64,000 nucleotides of DNA from positions 6,463 to 70,462 of the IMG/VR virus record IMGVR_UViG_3300037010_000424. One strand, written 5' to 3'. Position 1 is the first letter of the stretch, and every line of letters begins with the position of its first letter. Shown one piece after another: positions 20,054 through 30,250 of the stretch. The position numbers and the translations under genes were made by a program. This DNA is from a virus. The notes under the pieces are model-generated. The model was not told the origin of the DNA. It saw only the letters and a program-made list of their open reading frames with translations, and did no database searches.

Positions 20054-20944
20054 ATGACTTATAGTTTTGAAGCGTTCTTCCACTCATTAACACCAATGAT
20101 ACTGCGTAGTGATTTAGAGCGTAATGTGGATTTGGATTTAGGTGAGTTAGAAAATAGAACCCTGCCTATGTTTGAGCGTGCACAAGGTGTTAATTTAACG
20201 AGTGTCGTTGAACAACGCATCCATAGTGCCATCATGGGTAGATCCAATAAAAAAACAGTTTATGATTTGTTATTTGAGACCATTCAAACGGTGGTTGATA
20301 ACAGAGCCCTAATCCTAAAGATGGTATCAACTGAGTTTAATAAAGAAAACCCAAAAGAAGTAAGTGATTATTATAAGTTGAATATATTGAAATACTTAGA
20401 AGCGTTCCGTTTCTTATCGAGATATTCAATTGAGTATATCACTGTCATGGTAATTGAAGCCATGACGGACCATGACTATTTAAAGTTGCCAGACGTTAAG
20501 TTTTCTACAAAGTTTATAACTGACAACGATAACATGGCGCAAATTGCTCAAGTTTGTAATCAGTTAAATCGACCACTACACGAGTTCCTTAACGAAATAA
20601 AATCGTTAAAAGGACATCAGTTCGTGGAATATGACTGGAAAGCAAATGCCGAAGCTACATCCAAAAGAGTAGATGTGTTTAAGTCAGGTTTAATTCCCAT
20701 TAGTTGGAACCCACTTTATCATGCGCAACTTATGTTTGCCACATGGTCGTCTGAAAATGATACAAAGACTCAACATGAGTATGATCGTTTGCAGTATCTT
20801 TTGTTACAACTAAAAGACCAACAAGAAAACACAACTGATAAAACTGTATTAGAACGATTGAAAAAACAAATCTTATATCGAAGTGACCAAGTTAATAAGT
20901 TGCAAGTTTCGATGGAGAAGATTGAGGAGCGGTATGGTGTATGA
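20054..20944 (+). CDS. Inner-head protein (phiKZ gp90-like)
   Basis: 296 aa; WNPLYH followed by a C-terminal coiled coil; synteny. Confidence 0.72.
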   Translation: MTYSFEAFFHSLTPMILRSDLERNVDLDLGELENRTLPMFERAQGVNLTSVVEQRIHSAIMGRSNKKTVYDLLFETIQTVVDNRALILKMVSTEFNKENPKEVSDYYKLNILKYLEAFRFLSRYSIEYITVMVIEAMTDHDYLKLPDVKFSTKFITDNDNMAQIAQVCNQLNRPLHEFLNEIKSLKGHQFVEYDWKANAEATSKRVDVFKSGLIPISWNPLYHAQLMFATWSSENDTKTQHEYDRLQYLLLQLKDQQENTTDKTVLERLKKQILYRSDQVNKLQVSMEKIEERYGV

Positions 20945-21606
20945 TAGCTGTAACTGAACTTGCGTGTAAGCGTATACATGAGATTTACACACGGTCACTA
21001 AAGGTATGTAACAGTGACGGTAACACTACTAATCCAAATTTTATGGATGTATTAGAGTTAAATAAACTGATGTCTACACATAGTGTGTTAATCCCCACAT
21101 TGTCGGATAACCCAATGTACTGGAGGTTTTTACATAACTGGCTAGATTATATGCGTACTGGGTATTGGTCTATGGTACCGCGTGTGTGGTATGAAACCAT
21201 GTGCGACTCTATGAACGACCCTGGGCTTGATAAACATCAAATAGATGTCGAGTACAGCAAGTATTTAATTAAACGAAAAGAGACGTGTATAGCTTTAAAT
21301 ATAGACTCAGCTAGTAGCGCCGATAGTTTAGTGAAGTTGCATTGGATTCAGCGAAACGACGGGGTTGGTAGTTTTATATCGGTAGCTCATGTTTTAATGA
21401 GAGTCTTTCTGTATAACAACAAATTACATATATCGGGTTTACGTACCAATGCTAGTACACCAACTGACGATGTGGTAAAGAACTTAGACCGTAGTTTTAA
21501 TTCGGCTGCCCAAAACGAATGGCCGGTTAAAGGTAATACTAGTTTGGAACGTATGGTTCAGCAAACTGGCACTGAGGAAACTGTTGGTGAGTGGATGACG
21601 ATGTAG
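20941..21606 (+). CDS. Conserved jumbo-phage protein (gp91-like position)
   Basis: 221 aa, overlaps the upstream stop. Confidence 0.55.
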   Translation: MIAVTELACKRIHEIYTRSLKVCNSDGNTTNPNFMDVLELNKLMSTHSVLIPTLSDNPMYWRFLHNWLDYMRTGYWSMVPRVWYETMCDSMNDPGLDKHQIDVEYSKYLIKRKETCIALNIDSASSADSLVKLHWIQRNDGVGSFISVAHVLMRVFLYNNKLHISGLRTNASTPTDDVVKNLDRSFNSAAQNEWPVKGNTSLERMVQQTGTEETVGEWMTM

Positions 21607-21707
21607 ACAATAAACCGATTGTCGGTTTATGGATTTTGTAATTATATGTACATTAAAGTGCAAATTAATATTAATTTTTTAAACAATTGTTATAAGGTAA
21701 AAATATC

Positions 21708-23042
21708 ATGGCTGGATTTACATTGTTAGATGATGAAGAAGTAAGCGTAGAGCTTTCTAATGGCGATTTACTGGAAATTATTCCAGAAGAAAACCTGGAC
21801 GATCACGCTCCCGATGAAGCGTTAGAGTCTGACGTTGAAGACGTTGGTGAAATTGCCGAAGGTCTTGAAGCGTGTCACGATATGTTGGCACAAGCCGCCG
21901 CTGCAAACGCAATGAACCCACAAGCTGCACAATTTGCAGGTTTAGCTATTCAATTAGCCGAGCGCAACATTCGCGGTAACTTTAGCAATGGTTTAGGCAA
22001 AGCTTTAGAAGGCAAAGGTAAATATGGTTTAGAAGACTTCGAAGACAAAGCTTCTGGTACAGCATATGCGTCATACGCCATGTTGGGCATTATGGACACA
22101 CTCGGTAACGTCTGGGAAAAAATCGTTACCTTCTTAAAGAGCTGGTTTGATAAAATCGCAGCTTGGTTTAACAAATATTTATCGGGTGCAGCTTTTGCTA
22201 AGCGTAAAGCTCAGGCTGTAATTAATAAGGCTGAAAACGTGAAAGGTAGTTTAAAATCTGAAGAAATGAATATTTCTCCGATGGAGTATATGAATTTGAC
22301 AGTCGGAACAAAGTTCTCACCAGAAAAAGCTATCACCGATACTTTAGCCGCATTAAAAGATGTTAAAATTGGCGAAATCTCAAAAACTGTGGAGAGTATG
22401 ATTGCTGAAATTAAGATTATTAAAATTAAGGATTCTGGTTCCGCACTCAAACTAGACAAGAAGACTGAAAATACATTAGCAGGCTGGGCGTCGAAAGTTT
22501 CTGGAACTGGGTTTTCTGAGTTCAACGATTCAAGATATAAATCGAGTCCAACTGAAAAACACTTTAAACTGGGTAACATTGGTGGTGGTTTAACTTTAAT
22601 TATGACACTTTCAGGAAAAGAGGCCGACAATGTGGTCTGGTTTACTCGTGCCAGCATGAGCTCTACCAAAACGAAACCTGACAGTACAGGCGAAAAGAAA
22701 ATTAAGGGGCTACAAGGTAGTGCGGTAATCTCTTTAGCAAAAACTGCATTATCCGCATGTGAAGATTTAATTTCGCAAAAAGATATGTACCGTGCCGGTA
22801 AAGGTAGTATTTCAAAATTAGACGGTGAATTAAAAAGTGTTATTGCAAGCCTAAAAGGTTCTGTAGGTGGCGGTAAAAATGGAGAGTATGTAGGCGTCAT
22901 ATCCGGGTTTGTGAATGGTTTGGTGTCAACCGTTACGGTACCTTACAACTACCATAAAACTTTACAGTCACAAACTTTAACCTCTGTAAACTCCGCATTG
23001 AATTATTGTTTGAAATCACTGAGCCATCATAAAGTATCCTAA
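21708..23042 (+). CDS. Internal head/ejection protein with acidic propeptide (phiKZ gp93-family)
   Basis: Acidic N-terminus with ALE/GLE sites, amphipathic WEKIVTFLKSWFDKIAAWF, basic mature domain. Confidence 0.78.
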   Translation: MAGFTLLDDEEVSVELSNGDLLEIIPEENLDDHAPDEALESDVEDVGEIAEGLEACHDMLAQAAAANAMNPQAAQFAGLAIQLAERNIRGNFSNGLGKALEGKGKYGLEDFEDKASGTAYASYAMLGIMDTLGNVWEKIVTFLKSWFDKIAAWFNKYLSGAAFAKRKAQAVINKAENVKGSLKSEEMNISPMEYMNLTVGTKFSPEKAITDTLAALKDVKIGEISKTVESMIAEIKIIKIKDSGSALKLDKKTENTLAGWASKVSGTGFSEFNDSRYKSSPTEKHFKLGNIGGGLTLIMTLSGKEADNVVWFTRASMSSTKTKPDSTGEKKIKGLQGSAVISLAKTALSACEDLISQKDMYRAGKGSISKLDGELKSVIASLKGSVGGGKNGEYVGVISGFVNGLVSTVTVPYNYHKTLQSQTLTSVNSALNYCLKSLSHHKVS

Positions 23043-23061
23043 AGCTTCGGTGTACTAATCT

Positions 23062-23095
23062 GGTAGGACCCACGGGAGTTCCCGTGGGTCCTACC
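23062..23095. terminator. Inverted repeat (16-bp arms, 2-nt spacer)
   Basis: GGTAGGACCCACGGGA-gt-TCCCGTGGGTCCTACC. Confidence 0.8.
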
Positions 23096-23160
23096 TCTAT
23101 CACGTCATTTAATATTTTTATTAAAAATCATATAGACTCAACCATGACAGGTGTACACCA

Positions 23161-24678
23161 ATGACAAACGTAGCTGTTCCATTAAGAGAAAGTAGTAGCG
23201 CAATAATTCGTCCTATCGTCAAAACAGTGATAGAACAAATTCTGTTTATTACAGAAGCTGAACATGTAAAGAATATAATTTACACACAGAGAAGTAACAA
23301 AAGCAAACAAAAGCAAACAAACGAACTTCACGAGCCATTACGTTTAGAAACAAACGAGTTAATAAAAGTTGAATACAGCGTAACGCCCAATGTCACAGTG
23401 GCCGATAATGGTAGATACTTACGTGATTATTTACCCATTTATACAAATAAAAAATTAGGTATAACTTTAACCCCTATGCACGCACACATGGTAATCGAGA
23501 TGAATGTTACATATCGATCACAAAGTTATGACGAACTACTTATCTGGTTAACAAACTACGCTAGAGCTACATTGCGTATCTCTGCTAGCGCCCACCACAA
23601 CATTTTATATAACATAACTATACCAGACGCAGTTTACAATTATTTATACGATGTATGGGGGTTAACTGAAACAGTTGCCCCATACGGTAATACATTTGGT
23701 GAGTTTTTAACAGAGGGGTTTGTTACAGGGTTATCCTTACGTTCTAATAAAAGTGAAACTGCTGAAAAGTTAATACTAGCTGTTAAAAACACATCGTGTT
23801 TAGGAATGTATACACAACTACCACCAGATGTTCCTACAACTCAAGGAGAACCGCCATTCTCTGAGATAACATTCACGTATACGCTTAATTTTGAACAACC
23901 CACTGCTATCCTACTACGTTTTCAAAAAATCATCCACAATCGACTTGTAGACATTAAACATTTATATAAATATGCTGATAGAAATTTACACGATGATCCA
24001 ATGAGAGGACAACAGACATTGTCTGGGGTTGTGTACGATAAGATAAAAAATCAGCAAAATGTTGTAACCTTTCCTGAAAGAAGTGTTAATGAATCGGATG
24101 GGTGGCAGCCGGAGATTGTATACCCTGGGCATAAAATTTATTTACACGTTCCGATTAGATTAGATTTAGATGACCTACATAGTGTAATTACGTTTTCCGA
24201 AATAGTAAATATGGGGTTCCCAGATTGGATGTTACCTTTAGTGATGTCCGATATAGTCGCTCCAGTGACACCGTCGAAATGGTTTTATTTGTTCACTTTA
24301 TATGAAGTGAATGAAACTGAAAACCTTGTACCGGTTTATATAGATGTGGCGTCTGGGGAAATAAAATCTATGATTGCATTGGACCCAAGAAGTAGACACT
24401 ATCTGTGTATCTATAAAAACTTTAAGTTAGGCACAGTGGATTTATCTGTCTTACGTAAAGACCCGGTATTATTAACACAAATTTTTAACCAATACATAGC
24501 CGGTACACAGTTTGTCACAATCGGAAACGGTAGCTATGTAGTGTCCGATAGCTTACTAAAACAAGTGAATAACGTTTTAGATTTATTACAACAGCCTGGG
24601 GCTAACCCAAGCTATAAGCCGTATAAAGTCCTACGTGACGGTACGTTTACATCTACAGTTGTTAGAAACCAACATTAA
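23161..24678 (+). CDS. Virion structural protein (gp98-like)
   Basis: 505 aa; synteny within the conserved gp98-101 block. Confidence 0.65.
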   Translation: MTNVAVPLRESSSAIIRPIVKTVIEQILFITEAEHVKNIIYTQRSNKSKQKQTNELHEPLRLETNELIKVEYSVTPNVTVADNGRYLRDYLPIYTNKKLGITLTPMHAHMVIEMNVTYRSQSYDELLIWLTNYARATLRISASAHHNILYNITIPDAVYNYLYDVWGLTETVAPYGNTFGEFLTEGFVTGLSLRSNKSETAEKLILAVKNTSCLGMYTQLPPDVPTTQGEPPFSEITFTYTLNFEQPTAILLRFQKIIHNRLVDIKHLYKYADRNLHDDPMRGQQTLSGVVYDKIKNQQNVVTFPERSVNESDGWQPEIVYPGHKIYLHVPIRLDLDDLHSVITFSEIVNMGFPDWMLPLVMSDIVAPVTPSKWFYLFTLYEVNETENLVPVYIDVASGEIKSMIALDPRSRHYLCIYKNFKLGTVDLSVLRKDPVLLTQIFNQYIAGTQFVTIGNGSYVVSDSLLKQVNNVLDLLQQPGANPSYKPYKVLRDGTFTSTVVRNQH

Positions 24679-24690
24679 GGGAGTTTTATT

Positions 24691-25989
24691 ATGCCTACAT
24701 TTGACCACAGTGAAAATTATTACACGGAGGTACCGCACCATGTGGAACCACTTGCCCCCACTGAATTTGATGAAATTATAAATATAAATATAGACAGCGC
24801 TAGCGTATATAAAACGTTGCAATACGATGGGTCCGTTTTATTAAGTTTAAATGGAAGCCCAAACAATGTAACGTACTACTCCAAGTTACTACAGGCAGAC
24901 GATTTAGTTGTTAATACAAACGACGTACACGATAGGACTATAAAACAGTATCGTCGTATTAACAACTTAGAGATACGTGTTACGCAGGGTTATAACATGG
25001 CGTTAGACGATGCATCTAACACATCTGCAATAACTGGCGCAGCTAACTTCTACCCGGTACTCACACCGCATTTTGGTGATGTGTTTGTAATGGACATTGA
25101 TTCCACCGAGGGAACATACGGGGTTTTTCAAGTTACCGATGTGCAAAGAAAGTCACCATATCACATGTCCTCTTGGGGGATAACATATTCGCAAATCAGA
25201 TACTCTACAACGTTCCGGGATGAAGAGTCTGAACGTTTTGTAATTGACGAGTTAGACTTTGAAATTGATAATTTGGAACTGGGTAGAAACCCATTAGTCC
25301 CGGTAGTCACAAATATCAAATTACAAACTAAACAGCAAATACGGTCTGAGTTAATACCGTTGTATTACAGAACATTTTATAACAAACCCATTGGAACATT
25401 TTTAGTGCCATTAATAGACAGTGGTATGGTGTATGACCCATACCTTGTAAACTTCTGGAACTCGACTGTAGGTTCGAATGAGTATTCCCCGTATGCAGTA
25501 CCGCTGGAGTATCAAACTAACAATGGGTTTCATGAAAAAGAATATAACACTGTATTCGACGTGTACCTTAAGCAACAAAAAGGTTTGATACAGAATGCTG
25601 TAAAACACATGGATAAAATTTCAACTATGTATTTTTCAGCACAGCTCCTAAAGATAACAGCGTTAGCAACTGGGTTAGATTATATTCTACATCCACCAAT
25701 GGGTACTGATTACACCGAGATGCCGATGTTTCACCAAGAAGCGACAGCACCTTTAATCCCACCAGCAGTTCCAGTAGTTCTACCAGAAACCTATATTTTT
25801 AGTAGAAACTTTTACGATAACGGTTTACCTGATACGCTTTTAGAGAAATTAATATTAAATGTGATATCGCGCAAATCGATCACTACGAAAGATGTAAATG
25901 TCGCATTAGAGATAGTTAAGACTGGCTCAAAGTTAGAACAGTTTTATCACATACCCTTTATACTTTCCTTATTGCAGGTGTCACGATGA
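24691..25989 (+). CDS. Virion structural protein (gp99-like)
   Basis: 432 aa; VTYYS, PHFGDVF, YDPYLV motifs; synteny. Confidence 0.68.
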   Translation: MPTFDHSENYYTEVPHHVEPLAPTEFDEIININIDSASVYKTLQYDGSVLLSLNGSPNNVTYYSKLLQADDLVVNTNDVHDRTIKQYRRINNLEIRVTQGYNMALDDASNTSAITGAANFYPVLTPHFGDVFVMDIDSTEGTYGVFQVTDVQRKSPYHMSSWGITYSQIRYSTTFRDEESERFVIDELDFEIDNLELGRNPLVPVVTNIKLQTKQQIRSELIPLYYRTFYNKPIGTFLVPLIDSGMVYDPYLVNFWNSTVGSNEYSPYAVPLEYQTNNGFHEKEYNTVFDVYLKQQKGLIQNAVKHMDKISTMYFSAQLLKITALATGLDYILHPPMGTDYTEMPMFHQEATAPLIPPAVPVVLPETYIFSRNFYDNGLPDTLLEKLILNVISRKSITTKDVNVALEIVKTGSKLEQFYHIPFILSLLQVSR

Positions 25990-26654
25990 GTGTAGATATA
26001 GGTAGTTCGGAAGCATTAGAAAAATACACGCAAATTATATTCGACCGCACTTATCGATGTATGTGCGATTTAGTGAGTGTGTCGATTATCCAAACATTAC
26101 CGGAGATAGATATACCCCAAACGCCGTTTATTGAAACGGTGGGAGTACACGGTTTTAATATGGGTGTCACTAGAAGTGAAACCAATAATACTTATGAATT
26201 ATTAGAAGTCGCTTATGGCAGGTCTAGGGACTTAGCTGGATATGAATTTTCACAACATAAAGGGGAGGGTAGTGTAGAATCCCATAATCTTACCATAGTG
26301 CAGATTGCTGAGATTGTAGCTGGGTATGGTAGGGTTGACTTAACCTCGATTAGTGACGGGCGTGAAATCGCCTTTAATATAAGTAAATTTCTAGAAGTGG
26401 AAGAAAATCATTCACGAATAGACTTACATCATAAAAGACCACCCGCTGAAGATTTACAAGGTCTAAAAAACCTATTAGCTTTAGTTGACGCCTTCTTAGA
26501 AAAAGCTCCAGTAAAAAACTTTAATAATCGTAGACCAGTACGTTTCGGGAACGCCTCTGCGTCAACTGTAAATAACAGTATGACAATACGCAGACAACAA
26601 GAGTACCGAGATGACCCCCGAACTCACAGCAACCCATTTAATTTTTCAAGATGA
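25986..26654 (+). CDS. Conserved jumbo-phage protein (gp100-like)
   Basis: 222 aa; PPAEDL motif; synteny. Confidence 0.55.
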   Translation: MSVDIGSSEALEKYTQIIFDRTYRCMCDLVSVSIIQTLPEIDIPQTPFIETVGVHGFNMGVTRSETNNTYELLEVAYGRSRDLAGYEFSQHKGEGSVESHNLTIVQIAEIVAGYGRVDLTSISDGREIAFNISKFLEVEENHSRIDLHHKRPPAEDLQGLKNLLALVDAFLEKAPVKNFNNRRPVRFGNASASTVNNSMTIRRQQEYRDDPRTHSNPFNFSR

Positions 26655-28000
26655 TAATTGACGATAAGGTATTTCAAAGCCAGTTCCTTAAAGTGGGAAC
26701 TAGTAAACAGAAGCCAGTTAACTTTACTTACAAAGCGGAGTTTGTAGACGGTGACAACAATGTAATACCCGTACACAATGTTTTACGGTTATCTATCGCT
26801 GCTAATTACGTTGAGCATTTTAGCGACATAATTTTCTACACGATGGATATGTTTAAAAGTAACTACTTTAAGTTATTAAAGACTAATCGTAAAAGTTTAA
26901 TGTTACGAGTTACTAAAACCGAATGCTCTTACACTGGTATCATAAACCAAAACGCTACATCATCAAGCAGGTTATATGACGTAGAACTAACACACACTTC
27001 ATCTGAGGCAGTGGAGACTAGACCTGGTAAATTAACAGGGACTGAATGGGATGACCTAGGTGCGTTTCATGAATTAACCGTTCAGGTTATTGAACGTGGA
27101 TTAAATGAATTTAGAAATTGGGATTGTCCAGCTAGGGTTTATAAAAACTGTGACCTGACAACATTGATGCAAGGCTTTATGTCGATGCCAATTAAGTCAT
27201 TAGACCCTAATATGAAAACGGGATATGGGTGCACCATACATCCACCGGATAACAAAGTTAAGTTTTTTCAAAAGATTATCCCATCTGGTATTAGGGTTTA
27301 TAAATTCCCAAGGTACATGCAGAATACAGTTGGGGTCTATGGTAATGGGTTAGGATCTTATTTGACTAATTCGATGTGGCACGTATTCCCAACGCACAAT
27401 GTAGACCGTTATAATACCGGTTCTAAAAAGATGACAATTATTAACGTACCACGAAATGAAATGATGGGAAACAATAATAGTTATTTTTTAGATGCTAACG
27501 ATGACGAGCTGTATGTTTATGCAACTGGAGACACATCACATATTGATAACTCAGATAGAGCCATGAATAAAGTGGGTACTGGGTTTACTACTGTAAACTC
27601 CAATAATCTGCTAGATGGTTTTGTTAAGAATGACAAAGGTACACTGACTATTCCAAAAGGTCAAAATTTAATGAGTGTTAACTTTGACCCTCGAGATAGA
27701 GACGTTAACAACATTAAGACTAGTAAACCTATATCGGGGAATCGTTTTAATGAAGCCTCAAAAATAACTCGTTCTATGGTTAACACAATTGTAGTAACCT
27801 GGGAGTATTCCAATGTAGATTTATTATACCCCGGCATGCCTGTTAAATTCATTTATAAGAACGGCGCCACTGCATATATGTTACACGGCATATTAGCGGG
27901 TCATCATACGGAATCAATAACACCTATGCAATCTGTAACCGACCATAGATATAAATCAACCACACAGTTAATCTTAACAGTTGAACGAGCTAAAAACTAA
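26651..28000 (+). CDS. Virion structural protein, baseplate-hub-like (gp101-like)
   Basis: 449 aa; GVYGNGLGSY and LLYPGMPVKFIY motifs. Confidence 0.7.
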   Translation: MIIDDKVFQSQFLKVGTSKQKPVNFTYKAEFVDGDNNVIPVHNVLRLSIAANYVEHFSDIIFYTMDMFKSNYFKLLKTNRKSLMLRVTKTECSYTGIINQNATSSSRLYDVELTHTSSEAVETRPGKLTGTEWDDLGAFHELTVQVIERGLNEFRNWDCPARVYKNCDLTTLMQGFMSMPIKSLDPNMKTGYGCTIHPPDNKVKFFQKIIPSGIRVYKFPRYMQNTVGVYGNGLGSYLTNSMWHVFPTHNVDRYNTGSKKMTIINVPRNEMMGNNNSYFLDANDDELYVYATGDTSHIDNSDRAMNKVGTGFTTVNSNNLLDGFVKNDKGTLTIPKGQNLMSVNFDPRDRDVNNIKTSKPISGNRFNEASKITRSMVNTIVVTWEYSNVDLLYPGMPVKFIYKNGATAYMLHGILAGHHTESITPMQSVTDHRYKSTTQLILTVERAKN

Positions 28001-28019
28001 TTCGTTTGATTTGTAAACA

Positions 28020-28029
28020 TATATTATCT
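28020..28029 (+). promoter_or_regulatory. Early-type promoter TATATTATCT
   Basis: AAACATATATTATCT upstream of an accessory operon. Confidence 0.72.
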
Positions 28030-28087
28030 TGGTGATGTAGTTACCTTAATTACATTCATTTAACTTAACTTTATATCGGAGAGTACC

Positions 28088-29029
28088 GTGGCTAAAAACA
28101 CTATCACAAAAGACCAAGAAGCTTATATCATAGCCTTAATTGAAAACGGAGGCTTTTTAACTGCGGACGATTTGCAATACAAAGACGTGCTACGCGCAGT
28201 TGGATTTGTCATAACTCGCGACAAAGACGACTTATATTTAACTGGAACGACATACAGTCAGTGTAGCATCTTAACTAAGTTCCGAACCGAGGCACTTTAC
28301 AAAGCGATGCTAGCCAATGGACATGACGTCCCTATAGATGTGGTGTCGGCACTTGAGAAACAACCACACAAACAGGTGTATCCAGTTTTGTTTCAACTAG
28401 GGGTGGTTTTTACAAACGACGCTTTATTAAAGCATTTTCTCCGAAACCCACTGTTTTTATGTGGTGAAGTTTCGGAAAACTCTATGTACGACTACGAAGA
28501 CTGGTTACAAAGAACAACGTCTATTGCCACAACCTTTCAGTTCCAAGAAATACTGAAAGCTAACGATTTAAAGTTGTTAGAAACCGCGGTTGACAAAGTC
28601 CATACCCAGCTGAATGGTGTTATCAACTTTATAAAGTATGAAAAACCAAAAGGGTATCTGAGATACAACCAACCAAAATTACGGTTGGGAAACTTATGTA
28701 TTAAAGAAATCCTCGAATACGGTAAAGACTTCACTGAGGAGGCGGAGTGGGTGCTTAAGCAACATTTGAAATTAGAAAACTGTAAGTTTCCATACTTACT
28801 GTGTAGTAAGAAAAAACGTGAATTAAACGAACCAGATGAAGTCGTAGTTCTCCAAAAATACACTACTGCACATGAAGCACTAAGAGAGTGTCAAACGCAC
28901 TCTGGGCGTCTGATAGTAGTCCTCAACTACAATCGAAATAAACTTGGCTGGTTTGAGTTACATGAGCACATAACTGGCAAATATGTGTACGTGGGTTCAG
29001 AAGACCGTTTAACTACACATAAGGGGTGA
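28088..29029 (+). CDS. Hypothetical accessory protein
   Basis: 313 aa, GGAG plus GTG start. Confidence 0.7.
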   Translation: MAKNTITKDQEAYIIALIENGGFLTADDLQYKDVLRAVGFVITRDKDDLYLTGTTYSQCSILTKFRTEALYKAMLANGHDVPIDVVSALEKQPHKQVYPVLFQLGVVFTNDALLKHFLRNPLFLCGEVSENSMYDYEDWLQRTTSIATTFQFQEILKANDLKLLETAVDKVHTQLNGVINFIKYEKPKGYLRYNQPKLRLGNLCIKEILEYGKDFTEEAEWVLKQHLKLENCKFPYLLCSKKKRELNEPDEVVVLQKYTTAHEALRECQTHSGRLIVVLNYNRNKLGWFELHEHITGKYVYVGSEDRLTTHKG

Positions 29030-29032
29030 TTT

Positions 29033-29500
29033 ATGTTATCTACTGAAGAGAAAGCAAAACTGCTAGATGCATTATCGACACTAGTTAATGCAATTGGGCA
29101 AGTTTCTATTATTCGAATTGATATAAATTTAGGTAAGGTGCAGTTGTCTTCTGTTGGGAGTTTTAATCGACTATGTAATGCACTTCACGATTTAGTTGAT
29201 AACGGGTATGTTTTTACACAGCTCAGTGCATACACGTTTGAACTTACACAGTTGTCAATCAAATCACCCCACTCCGACTTAACTGTGTTCGATCTAAATA
29301 TCCCTATGGTCACCAAAAAAGCATTAATAACAACATTTGGAACGATTTATAAAGGGCGATATAGGGTGAATATGTCTGTACAAGACCTGATTAAATTAAC
29401 ACCGTTGCAAATCAGTTCGGCGCACAATGTCGGAAAGGTTGGCATTTACAAAATAATCAGAGCTTTAAATGATTACGGCCTAACACTAGCGGAGTATTAA
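29033..29500 (+). CDS. Protein with a C-terminal RNA polymerase alpha-CTD-like (HhH) domain
   Basis: VQDLIKLTPLQISSAHNVGKVGIYKIIRALNDYGLTL parallels alpha-CTD [37 protein letters not shown]. Confidence 0.7.
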   Translation: MLSTEEKAKLLDALSTLVNAIGQVSIIRIDINLGKVQLSSVGSFNRLCNALHDLVDNGYVFTQLSAYTFELTQLSIKSPHSDLTVFDLNIPMVTKKALITTFGTIYKGRYRVNMSVQDLIKLTPLQISSAHNVGKVGIYKIIRALNDYGLTLAEY

Positions 29501-29580
29501 ACCAGATGTATACATTTTGGAGAACACCGTGAATAAAGAACAATTGATGTTAGCAGCACTCATTAGAGTACAGTGAAACG

Positions 29581-29850
29581 GTGACCTACCAATTGCTTCC
29601 ACAACCCCAGCTAGGTGAATCAATTGTGACAAGCACCCAATTAGTGGAATTGGAGAAACTATTACAGCGTGATGACTGGCATTATGGATATACCGATTCT
29701 CGTCTAGTCGGCCACATTGACCCCAGTGTATATGCGGCTATTAAAACGTTAGCCAAAGAAATCGGTGAGAGTGGTATCTCACTATGGCAAACTTATCACG
29801 ACAAAGTGTATTGTTCACCACATTTCACTAAATCAAAAGTGGGATCGTAA
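29581..29850 (+). CDS. Hypothetical phage protein (possibly frameshifted from GTG 29529)
   Basis: 89-aa ORF with DWHYGYTD motif. Confidence 0.5.
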   Translation: MTYQLLPQPQLGESIVTSTQLVELEKLLQRDDWHYGYTDSRLVGHIDPSVYAAIKTLAKEIGESGISLWQTYHDKVYCSPHFTKSKVGS

Positions 29851-29858
29851 CAGTTACA

Positions 29859-29890
29859 GTGTACGAGATGGGAATTCCCGTCTCGTACAC
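29859..29890. terminator. 32-bp palindrome with one G-T mismatch between convergent genes
   Basis: GTGTACGAGATGGGAA|TTCCCGTCTCGTACAC then a T run. Confidence 0.82.
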
Positions 29891-29908
29891 ATCTGTTTTT
29901 TTTTTTAA

Positions 29909-30238
29909 TTAATCAAGTTTAAACCAGTAGTCCAAATAACTTTTATCTCCGTAGGTTGTAATGTGACTGAACTTAGGGTGGTTTACCATTGGCGATAAGT
30001 GATTCTTCTGACGGTATATACCGTCCCTAGTCTCCACTACAATAAATCTTCCAGATATTACTTTTTCACCAAATGATACATAATCGCTATTAACTCGAGG
30101 ATCGTAATCCTTTACACACACACAACGAAACCTACCTAGGTCGTCTTCTTTTAATTGTAGTTTACATAGCAGTTCTCTAGCCTCATCATCATACTCATAA
30201 AACTCAGTTTCGCCATTTGGAACAAGTTGATATTTCAT
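29909..30238 (-). CDS. Hypothetical protein
   Basis: 109-aa ORF directly downstream of dnaB. Confidence 0.6.
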   Translation of the reverse strand: MKYQLVPNGETEFYEYDDEARELLCKLQLKEDDLGRFRCVCVKDYDPRVNSDYVSFGEKVISGRFIVVETRDGIYRQKNHLSPMVNHPKFSHITTYGDKSYLDYWFKLD

Positions 30239-30250
30239 AACACACCCATT

